NCBI GenBank assembly: GCA_013239625.1
Contig: MU054187.1
Location: 7,536,358-7,600,357 of the forward strand
Reading direction: 5' to 3'
Source: Lama guanicoe
Lineage: Eukaryota
Length of the DNA stretch: 64,000 nt
Below, piece by piece: positions 35,631 to 46,720 of the stretch. The translations under genes and the position numbers were made by a program. The first letter of the stretch is position 1. Every line of letters starts with the position of its first letter. Under the pieces are notes generated by a model. That model was not told the DNA's origin, made no database searches, and saw only the letters and a program-made list of their open reading frames with translations.

Positions 35631-37223
35631 ACTTCCGCTCAGACACCTGATCTCAAGTTCAGAGTTTCTCCTTTTCCTCTGTATCCTAAGCTCCCTTAGA
35701 ATAGCAGGATGGGATGAAAGAAAGTGTGAGCCTATGGACAATGAGGAAAAAGATCTGGTTATTGGGAACCAAAGCAGTTCCAGAGACTCAGGGGGGTTCC
35801 AAGAGAAGGCAGAAGGACGCTAAATGGGGCAGGGAAAGGATGCTGAAGACAAGCCTCAGATTTAAGTACTATTCCCCCCTCTATCTAGAAGGGCAAGTAG
35901 AACACGCTGCATCGTACGTGATGGAGATAATTGCTCCTTCACTGGGGGACAAAGTGTAGAGTGAATTTCAGAGGAAAATGCCCATATTCTGTCTACTTTC
36001 ATGCTTTTAAATGATGTACTTGCTCATGGCCTTGACCTTTCTCCACGTGTAGCCCTGTAAGTACGGAGAGGCTTTCAATGCCATAGTTTCAAGGACTTGT
36101 TTGGGTTTTCCGCAGGACCCGATGGCTCTCATTTTCTTAAAGGAAAATAACGAAATCTTGCTAATTCACAATTCACAGGCTAGAATATTTGCTAAGGTTT
36201 TGGACACTATAAACAAGGGCTTATCTTGGCTTTCCAGCTTATATTTTTAAGGACGTCTCTAAAGCGTTTGGCAAACGGTATTTGGGCCCAAGAAACAGTT
36301 TAAATCGTGTCGTTCACGGCAGGTCATTGCCTTGTCCTGAGGGTGGTACCTGAGGTGCTGTGTGCTGAGTAAACAGTGACATCACACAATCTGTAAGCAT
36401 TGAGCAAGAGTGAAGTGCTTTCTGATTTCACAAGGGCAGCTGCTCACTAGACCTGTGTGTCATTATGGACCTGCTCTGAAAAGCATGAGCAGTCGGACCT
36501 CTGACCTGAGCTCTTAGTCCCACCGGGCGCTCGGCCCTTAGACTGGGTAGCACAACAGGCTTGTACTGATGGGAAGCAGGGGTTTGTGAACTTGCTTTCC
36601 TTCTACAGCCGGGGATGCTGTAGGCGGGATCTCAGGCGGGTTCCTTACACTGCACTCCAGTCAGGGAACGACTGACTTTGAACTGGGACCTGGCTGGTTG
36701 GCGCTCTCTCCCAACTCTCTCCTTTACTCTGGACCAGCTGAGCCCATTTCAATGCTTTCCCTCCCATGTCTGCTCCCTCGGGTGTCAGAGGCTGGACCGT
36801 GGGGCCTGGGCAGTGCCCGTCTTCCACTGCTAGCATGTGTGGGGGGTACTTCTTCTTGTCGCCCTATTACCACTTCCACACCATCAGTCTCCCATAAAAA
36901 TTAAGGGACCCCAACAGCCTTCTGAAACACTGGAAGTGGATGGGTCACACATTCAGGGGCGGATCAAAACTGCATGGATTTAGCATTTTCCTCTTTGCTC
37001 CAAGGCTAATACCATTTACAGAGCTGGTGGAATGCAGCCACTTAGAGGCACGTGTTAAATCATAGAGTAACAGACATGAGAGGAAATCCATTTAGGAAAG
37101 AAAACATAGTCATACGTGAGATGATTTGTCTGATTCCTCTTTAATAATCTCTTCCCTGGTTCATTTGATCACTTTTTGCAGTTAGTATATAAATTTCCCC
37201 CATTCGATGAGGCAATATGAGGA

Positions 37224-37235
37224 GTCTTTTATGGC

Positions 37236-37284
<49 letters not shown>

Positions 37285-40118
37285 CATCCATCTATTTATC
37301 TATCCATCATTTATCTCAACAGTTTTTATAGCAACATTTAAAATATGTTATATGACTAAATTAACCAATCTTTTCTTTCATAGTTTCTAGCTATTCCCAT
37401 TCTGAGACAGTAAAAGAATTCTCACAGAGTTTCTTGCTTGTTCCTTTGTGGCTTTTTAAATTTATTTATTTAGTTTTAGTTTGGGATCCGTCAACTTCAT
37501 CCTGTTTCAATGTGCGAGGTATGCCTCCAACTTACTTTTTCCCCCTCAGAGCTTCTCAGTTTCCCCAGTTCTTCTGGAATAGCCTATCTTTACTCAGAGA
37601 ACTTTTCAATAATACAGGTTGTCAGAAGCCACACTCAGACACTGTTTTTATTCAGTAAATTTTGGTGGGAGAACAAAAGAAAGTCCCAGGCCACTTGGAT
37701 GTACAACTATGTTTGTAAATCATAGCAAAAAGTCTCAGTCTGGAGGTGAAGATGAGAGAATTTTCTTTTTCTTAATGAATGTTATCCATATGGTGGCTGG
37801 AAGCCTACCCTTTATTTGGAAGAAGCAGCTGTTCTCCAGAAGTGACTTGGTAATATATTTGCCTGAATATGTTTCCATCGATAAGACACAGTATCAGCAG
37901 GTTTATATACTGACCAGTCTCCTCTCAAATGATTCTTCGGGCTTCATATTGGAGCTATGGGTAGCTTTATTTTTTTCAGCCAAAATATTTAAGCGTATTA
38001 TTTTGCTTAAGTTGGATAAGATTTTTGCCCTTTGAAAACAGAAGTGCCCTACTTTTAGGAGGAAACAAGCTTGCTAGATTCTTCTTTCCTAGTAAATTGG
38101 AAAAGGTTTAGACCTATGAGTTCATACTTGAGTTCAACCCTTAAGTAAGCAGACCCTGTGGCATTTGCATTTTGTTCTGTCCCTCAGTCTCATTTACAGG
38201 CAGCAAAAGGAAGCACAGTGTTGTCTGAGTTGGGACCAGGTGGATGGAGTAGGAGGTTTGAGCCGTACAGAAGAGTCACTAACACATGGGCAGCCTTTCC
38301 ACTGACCTGCCACGATCCTTGGACACTTAGTCCTTAGACTGGATAGCAAAATAAACTTGTATTGATGGAAAGCAGGGGTTTATGTATTTGCTTTCCAGCA
38401 GGAGTTCTAGCTGAGTCTTACCACCATCACCTAACATCAGGTTAATTCTGAACCCAGCTGCCTATCAAAATACTTGTGCAGTGTTCAAAAATACGGATGC
38501 TTGGATCCCAGCCACGGATTCCAGACACTTCCGCTCAGACACCTGATCTCAAGTTCAGAGTTTCTCCTTTTCCTCTGTATCCTAAGCTCCCTTAGAATAG
38601 CAGGATGGGATGAAAGAAAGTGTGAGCCTATGGACAATGAGGAAAAAGATCTGGTTATTGGGAACCAAAGCAGTTCCAGAGACTCAGGGGGGTTCCAAGA
38701 GAAGGCAGAAGGACGCTAAATGGGGCAGGGAAAGGATGCTGAAGACAAGCCTCAGATTTAAGTACTATTCCCCCCTCTATCTAGAAGGGCAAGTAGAACA
38801 CGCTGCATCGTACGTGATGGAGATAATTGCTCCTTCACTGGGGGACAAAGTGTAGAGTGAATTTCAGAGGAAAATGCCCATATTCTGTCTACTTTCATGC
38901 TTTTAAATGATGTACTTGCTCACGGCCTTGACCTTTCTCCACGTCTAGCCCTGTAAGTACGGAGAGGCTTTCAATGCCATAGTTCCAAGGACTTGTTTGG
39001 GTTTTCCGCAGGACCCGATGGCTCTCATTTTCTTAAAGGAAAATAACGAAATCTTGCTAATTCACAATTCACAGGCTAGAATATTTGCTAAGGTTTTGGA
39101 CACTATAAACAAGGGCTTATCTTGGCTTTCCAGCTTATATTTTTAAGGACGTCTCTAAAGCGTTTGGCAAACGGTACTTGGGCCCAAGAAACAGTTTAAA
39201 TCGTGTCGTTCACGGCAGGTCATTGCCTTGTCCTGAGGGTGGTACCTGAGGTGCTGTGTGCTGAGTAAACAGTGACATCACACAATCTGTAAGCATTGAG
39301 CAAGAGTGAAGTGCTTTCTGATTTCACAAGGGCAGCTGCTCACTAGACCTGTGTGTCATTATGGACCTGCTCTGAAAAGCATGAGCAGTCGGACCTCTGA
39401 CCTGAGCTCTTAGTCCCACTGGGCGCTCGGCCCTTAGACTGGGTAGCACAACAGGCTTGTACTGATGGGAAGCAGGGGTTTGTGAACTTGCTTTCCTTCT
39501 ACAGCCGGGGATGCTGTAGGCGGGATCTCAGGCGGGTTCCTTACACTGCACTCCAGTCAGGGAACGACTGACTTTGAACTGGGACCTGGCTGGTTGGCGC
39601 TCTCTCCCAACTCTCTCCTTTACTCTGGACCAGCTGAGCCCATTTCAATGCTTTCCCTCCCATGTCTGCTCCCTCGGGTGTCAGAGGCTGGACCGTGGGG
39701 CCTGGGCAGTGCCCGTCTTCCACTGCTAGCATGTGTGGGGGGTACTTCTTCTTGTCGCCCTATTACCACTTCCACACCATCAGTCTCCCATAAAAATTAA
39801 GGGACCCCAACAGCCTTCTGAAACACTGGAAGTGGATGGGTCACACATTCAGGGGTGGATCAAAACTGCATGGATTTAGCATTTTCCTCTTTGCTCCAAC
39901 GCTAATACCATTTACAGAGCTGGTGGAATGCAGCCACTTAGAGGCGCGTGTTAAATGATAGAGTAACAGACATGAGAGGAAATCCATTTAGGAAAGAAAA
40001 CACAGTCATACGTGAGATGATTTGTCTGATTCCTCTTTAATAATCTCTTCCCTGGTTCATTTGATCACTTTTTGCAGTTAGTATATAAATTTCCCCCATT
40101 CGATGAGGCAATATGAGG
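37224..40118 (+). repeat. 2.9-kb tandem duplication, unit 2
   Basis: About 99% identical to 34320-37222; junction atatgagg-a-gtctttt at 37215-37230. Confidence 0.98.
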
Positions 40119-40215
40119 GCAAGGATTTCCTTTTTAAATTTTGTGTCTCCCTCCCCTAACATGCAGCCCGGCAGACAAAAGGTTCTCAAGAATGATCAGT
40201 TCAGGAATAAGTGAA
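40085..40215 (+). mobile_element. L2 3' end (complete here, cut at the duplication junction in unit 1)
   Basis: 'atgagggcaaggatt...tgtgtctccctcccctaacatgcagcccggcagacaaaaggttctcaagaa'. Confidence 0.6.
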
Positions 40216-40428
40216 AGGCTAGGCTGGCATTTTTATGTTTCGGATTCTGAAGGCTGCATGTTGGATGCTGCCATTGGCTAGAAATTCCTCCACATTCCCG
40301 TGTAGGATGGTTGAGAAAGTCAGCAAAGTGTCTGGGTCTGGAGACACCATTCAATCAGTTTTAAATATTTGCATTTCCACCATTTCTTGGGTGCCCTCCG
40401 TATGCAGGCATTTGGCTTAGGCATCTTA

Positions 40429-40593
40429 AAAAATTACTTATTTATTTTTGTTTGGGAGAGGGTAATTAGGTTTATTTACTTATTTATTTATTTTTAATCG
40501 AGGTCCTGGAGATTGAACGCAGGACCCTGGTGCGTGCTCAGCAGGCGCTCTACCACTGAGCTCTACTGCCCCCAACCCCGCCCCGCCCCGCCC
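40429..40593 (-). mobile_element. tRNA-derived SINE (vic-1-like) with 10-bp TSD
   Basis: Same head as the element at 34175; TSD aggcatctta at 40419-40428 and 40594-40603. Confidence 0.92.
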
Positions 40594-42989
40594 AGGCATC
40601 TTAGAGACACCATTTCATTTAGTCACCGCAATAGTCTTAGGGTGCAGGGCTTCTTTTCCCTGAGACTTAAAGGAACATTATCTGAAAGTCGTAGAATTGT
40701 TGGGAGGCAGAACCAGCATTCGCATGCACGAATCTGGAAGCGTAAAGGAGAATTCATTGCTATTACTTGGTACTATTCTTGCATCCTTGAATCTTTAAGA
40801 GCAGCCAAAGGCTTTTTTCCCTGAAGGCTTGGGGGAGGGGAGGGACGGATGGAGGCGGACGAGGGCTGACAGCGACCTCTGCTGAACTGCTGTCCCCTGT
40901 CGCCCACCGTGCCTCTCTCTGTCCCTTCCTAGCTGGAGTCTGCCGCCTTTAAGATACCACTTTTTTAACGGGAACATCTGAGAAATTACTTGTAGGGTGA
41001 CAATCTGCAGAATATGTTGTCATTATTGCTCACTGCAGGGCTGCCCCGAGGAGGGACGAGGGCTCGGTTTGTGCAGAGCACTTGAACGCTGTACCAGCCG
41101 CAGGTCCCTGGCTTCCTCCCAAGAGCTCCTGATGGGATAGTCCCCACCATTTCTAAGACCGCCCGGCGTTATTCATCCCTGGAGGACCCCCGCCCCCAAC
41201 CCCAGACCTATTATTATGCTTTCCTTTGCCCCTCAGGTGCTTTAACTCTGGTCCTTACTCATGGGGAGATTGGGAAAGCATCCCCGTGCAAGTCTTGGTA
41301 GCTGTGAAACGCTACAGATTCCTAAATGTAAATAACACGGGAGAAGCGCTTCCTTCACGTCAGTAGATCTAACATCTGCGGTCTCAAGAACCGGAAATCT
41401 GAACTCTCCCTTTGGGCTGGCTCAGAATTTGTGCCCTTGCGGTAATTGGGACCCCGCAGTTTATGCTTTATCTTATCCTAGTCAATACTTCTGATAGTTT
41501 AAAATTTTAAAATTAGTTTTTCTTTATGGATTTAAGTTTCCAGGCAACTTTAAAAGTTCGTTCCTGAGGAGACAAGACTTGGGTTTAAAACAAGAAATGA
41601 CGTCTTTGAGTCCCTGATATTTTTTTCCCATGTACCTTTCCCAGTGTTAGAAATATTTTTGAAAATGTTTCTGTATTAAAGGTCTGTTTCTAAAAGAAAT
41701 GCACAGATGGGAAAGACATGAATTTATGTAGAAAGAATTAAAAAATAAATATGTAATACCTTTCACTGTGGGCACATAAAATAATTGGCTGAGAATTGGT
41801 CATTTTCAGGAATACTACACCATCAACTTATTTACCATCTCCATGTATGCTTAAAAAATTTTTTTATTAACATGGGTTCTTCATAGAACAAATGACTGCA
41901 CTTAAACATTAAAAGCTGACTGTTTATTTATTACCAGTCCACCTTCTTCCATGGAAAGCATGCTTCTGAATGTAGTGAATAAAACTGAAGGGGGTGATAC
42001 TAATTTTGACGGAGTCTGTGGAGTAAGTGAGTTGTAATACTGCAACAGTTCCTCTTAGGGGGCAGAGGGCAAGAAGAGGAGGCAAGGGGAGGAAAACAAC
42101 CTTTGCACGTGCACTGTGTCCCCGAGTCTCGTACTTTGCATGTTCTGTGGTTTCCAGTGTTCCTCCCAGGTGTTCTTCTGGGTAGGTTTCTCACCCCATC
42201 TCCCGACCCTGGACTGAAAGCTGGAATTCAGACCCACGTTTGTTTGATGCCAAGCCCCTGTTTTTCCTGCTATCCCTCTATGTCTTCATAGGATGCTTCT
42301 CTTAAAAAAAAAATTAATGTAGAAGAGGAGTAATGAAAACTCTAAATGAAAGGAACAGTTTAACATGGCATAAGTTACCCTGAATTTTAAAATAGGGTGT
42401 GATAATAGTTTGCATAGCTATGTTTAAACTGCAAGTTAAAGAAAACACTAATTGCCATCTAACATAAAATGGAGTCAGGAACATAAAGATCAGGGGGTAG
42501 ATACCTGAATTAGGTTTTATTTGAATTCTAAGGTTGCCTTGAATAAAAAAAATTAGCATTTTGGTTTATATGCAGGGGCTTTTAGTCGTCTTTTGGATCT
42601 TTTTGTCACATCTGCTGAAAGCCATAGAAATTTCCTCCAAAAAATATCCATTGAGAGCTAGTCATTTTTGCATGAAAGTTTTTTGAGAGGGTCACAGATT
42701 CCCTCAGGGTCATCAATGATCCCCTTCTTTTACCTTTCCCCGGGGTCTGTGGGTCAACATGGAAGAATTCTTTAAGCCTTATCACAGACGTCATTCTCTA
42801 TAATATCAGCTGAACTTGGTTCTTTGGATCTTCACAAGGCTTCGAAGTGCAAACAAATCTTTCATCAACAGCCTAACTAGAGCAGGGTACCTGTTTAGGG
42901 AAATGTAAGACTGGGGAATAGAAAGATATGGGAAAGCTGCTTGCCTTAGGGATATAGTAATATCTCACACATATGTTCTGCTTAAGGAT

Positions 42990-43170
42990 GGTTTCCATAT
43001 ATTACATACCTTAATCATCACGACCTCCCCCTGCAGCAAAGTTCTGAGGGTAGTAAGGACTTAACTTACTGTACTATAACTGAACTGCAAGTTGTCCATG
43101 ACTTTACAGCTTGAGAACGGGGGAGGCTAGGATTTGAATCCAAGGAGTCTGGTCCCAGAGTCTGTGTTCA
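42990..43170 (-). mobile_element. MIR SINE
   Basis: 'gctaggatttgaatccaaggagtctggtcccagagtctgtgttc'. Confidence 0.7.
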
Positions 43171-45211
43171 TTATGGCACCCCAGGCCTCTCTAGGCTGGT
43201 CCAAAATACATATTTTGATTCATAGTTGATGAGTTTGCCCATTCACCTGCCATATATGGTTGAAATTTGGCTTTTAGCTGCAGTTCCAGGAAAATGTTTT
43301 AAGTGAAGAAAATCAAAAATTCAGTTACCTGAAATTTCAGAGTATCTTGATGCTTGGCTGCACAAATGACTAACCTACCAGACTTACTAGATTTTTATGA
43401 GATGTTGGGCTTCCAATAGTGCAGGTGGCATTATATAAAAGGTTAGAATTCTTAGGTCAACTCCGTGGTCCACAATTTGGTTGACCTGGGAAAGTTAAGT
43501 TGAGAATTATGTCCCTTAATAAAAAATAATTCTTTTATAAGATTTCTAGACTCATGGCTAGAACCTGAAAGCAAAGTCTTCACTTCAGCACTGGGAGGGA
43601 GATGAAACAGTTTTCTGACAAGACAGCTCTGTGAGCTCATCACTGAGAGCTGGTTTGCAAGGTCTTCAGAAGGACGGGCTATTTGTAAACTCCTTTTGAC
43701 TTGGCTGGCAATGCATCAAAAGTCCCTTTTCCATGCTAAAAGATACTTGAGAAAAGAAAAAATGTGGTAAAGTAAATCTAGTTGAAATAAAAAAATGACT
43801 TTCTTATTTTTGCATAAGCAAAATATACCTCTTGAAGGAAAAAAAAAGAATTTATGAAATAGAAATAGAAGCAGGTCACAGTGCATTTCTTTATTCCTCG
43901 TTGGAAGTTATGACACAAGCACTCTCTTATGTTTTGACCTCTCTTACAACACCTGTCATTCTCCCCTGTGCTTTAGATATTTCAGTGACACCTGCTGTAG
44001 TCTTGGATTCTTTAGGGTGTGTATCATGTCTTTATTTATCTTTGAAAACACTTCCTGAGCTAGACCCCTTTTCCTGCATCGATTTTTGCTGCACTTGAGA
44101 CTTTTGCACTCACAGGCATGCCATGAATATTTATGAGATTAAATTAAATGGTCCAACATCAATTTAGGAAAATTTTTGACCCATTTGCACAAATAATCTA
44201 AAACATTCCCTTTCCCACTGAAGCAGTGGGGCCTCTAGATTACTGTTCAGTCTTTCGCTCTAAGCATGTTGATACCATGTGATGTTAATTTCTTCTGAAC
44301 CAAAGTGATGACCTCCTCATAACTCAGTATCTTTGTTTGATGGTCTCTATCATCGTGGTCTCTCTCAACTTATTCCTGTTAACACATCCATTTTGGTGTC
44401 CTTTAGAACATCTCTCCTGTTGATCTTCAAATTTTGCTTACATAGGCATTAGCCTAAATAAGGAAGAGTTTGTTTCTCCAGTGAGCTAAAGAACACAGAA
44501 ATTTGGAAACTTTTTGTCATGAGAATAATGATGAACTGAGTCATAAGAAGAATTTCACAACTGTGATGTCTCCTTCCAAACTGACTCTCTTTCCACGCCT
44601 AAGTATTTTTATTGAGCTTGTAATTTGTTTTGTCTGCCCTCTTCCCTTCCTTTCTCTTGCCTTTCCTCTTTTGCTCCCTCTCTTCTTTCTTTCATTTAGA
44701 AAATCATTCCAAACCCTTCAAGTTATGATTTGATTTTAGAGTTTTTTTATTGACTTACATTTTGGTACACTAGGGATATATAAAATTTTTTTTTCTGTTT
44801 TAAAATATTTACATTATTTTTATATTAAAATAGTCCTAGATCGCTCCAAAATTGAATGCAAAATTTACATAAAACTTTAAAGAAATTTTCTTCTAAGGGA
44901 TCTTTGGATTATGTCTCCAGAAAGACTGGAGGCCCAGGATCCCTTTCTTCCTTTCTGTTCTTGGGGATTTTTCTGTGCCATTTTGGAGAAGTATTTGAAA
45001 ACTTTCTGTTAAGACAAGCTTTTTTTTGCTTTCTTTTTTTTTTTTTCAATTTTACTGTCTTCATCTTATGTGTCTCAGGCTCTCATTGGAATTCCACCAT
45101 TCCCTATTCCCTTCTCAAAGCCCAGCTGATCTCTGGGGACCATGGGGGCAGGTGGGGTGTGGGTAGATGGGCTGAGCAAGTAGTAGTGTGCTGGGTGGAA
45201 CTTGTGTCATT

Positions 45212-45428
45212 GTGTCATGCTGCAGCACCAGGATAAGGGCTCTTGAGAGTCAATTTCTAGCATTTTCCCCTAATTCTTCCATCAGTGAAATCAAGTTGGT
45301 ATCTTGAAGTCAACCATGGTGGGGGGTATTTATTCCACAGAAATTGGCTAGAGCAACAAATCAGCCTCTCTCTCTCTCTCTTTTTTTTTTTTTTGAGAAC
45401 TGGTTAAGCATGGACCAGCACACCCCAT
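45212..45428 (+). mobile_element. MER63A-like hAT-Blackjack MITE
   Basis: 'ttggtatcttgaagtcaaccatggtggggggtatttattccacagaaattggc...acaaatcag' and terminal 'accagcacacc'. Confidence 0.75.
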
Positions 45429-46589
45429 ACGGCTGACGCGTGGTCTAGGTGTCCTTCTTATGCTTTGTATGTTACCGCTGTGGCCTCACAGGCTGTTATG
45501 CATTAGTCCCTGGGGATAAGGGAAGCAATCAACCTTCGCTTCGATTCTCACAAACGGCTTGGTTATTAATCAAGGGGGCATTTGGCCAGGCTCCCTTTGT
45601 TCAGTCCCCTGCATGTAAGTATGGAAGTGTTAGCTCCAGACAGGACCATAGACAAGGGAGCTAAAGCCTAGAGTGATTGATGGCTTCTAAGGCCACAGTT
45701 CCAGGTAGAAGCAAAGCTGGGACGAGAATCCAGGTTTTGTACGTCCTGGGCAGGTTTTTGTTGCTGTTCTTCAACTCTGCCTCCCATAACTTAAAAAATC
45801 CTAAGTCATAAATGTTCCATTGTCATAGCTTCAAAAAACATTGCAGGCTACACAATAAGATCCTAGGTCTAACAATATTAATCTTTGCTTCTTTTTCTAA
45901 TCTGAATAATAAGCTACATCAAGAGAAATAGAAATTGCCAAGTACCCGTAAAAAACCCAAAGCTCTAAATAAATTAATACGTCTTCACAGACGCTTGCTT
46001 TTCAACAATTTGCCATCTTCATTTGTCAACATTTAAGCGAATGTTTGGAGCTAGCTCTCATGACTTTAGGTCACATGACACAATTTTCCTCCTAATTTTA
46101 ACGGTTTCTTCCCAATCACTTATGAAAGGAGACTGCAACATTTTTAACAAGAAACAGAAAGACAGAGGGCAGCATGGGACCGGAATACTGGCCGCCCTGC
46201 AGCAGAACAGGACTGCATAACTTGCATAACATGCACGTCTGAAGAGGTAGCCAGCCGCGGAGCTGCCCACATCCTCTGCCCCACCTCTCCGGAGAGAAAC
46301 GCAGCGTCTCTTCCTCATTGTTTAAAAAGGAAAGGGGATCTTGGAAACCCAGCCAATGAAGGCTACTTGGGGGCTCTGCCAGTTCGCAGTCAACGTGCAG
46401 GTTGGACAGGAGAAATGTGCAGCGCTCAAAAGGTGTTATTTTTAGAGGGTGCAAGCAAGAGATCTTGCCTGGCCGAAGAATTAGTTTGTTTTTTTTTTTT
46501 TCTTTTTTTCTCTGCAGTCCCTTTTAGCCTCAGTAATTGGAGAGGTCTGGCAGCCTGGGAGAGGGGCTCGCGGTTCCCGATGCACGTCC

Positions 46590-46720
46590 CACCCGCACAT
46601 GGGCGGGATTTAGAGGGCTGCAGAATAAACACAAGGCGGGGCTGGGGAGGTGATCACCACCAGCCTCAGCGGAAAGAGGGAGCCTATAAATATTTGACCC
46701 CCAAGAGGGCAATGGAAGTG
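46590..46720 (+). promoter_or_regulatory. Candidate TATA/GC-box promoter or enhancer in a CpG-enriched island
   Basis: GGGCGGG (46601), AATAAACA forkhead-like site (46624), GGCGGGG (46635), TATAAATA (46685); CpG-rich, repeat-free context from about 46180 to 47030. Motif evidence only. Confidence 0.35.

Larger units (their letters stand above)
34320..37222 (+). repeat. 2.9-kb tandem duplication, unit 1
   Basis: Matches 37224-40118 throughout (offset 2904 at the start, 2896 at the end); duplicated ORF-track entries confirm it. Confidence 0.98.

Noticed and set aside
37619..38035. 138-aa ORF present only in duplication unit 2
   Set aside because: It is created by a 1-bp indel fusing two short chance ORFs of unit 1; no homology or other coding evidence.
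41552..41563. AAAAGTTCGTTC resembling the bovine miR-2284 family 5' end
   Set aside because: Only 12 nt match and no complementary hairpin arm is visible.
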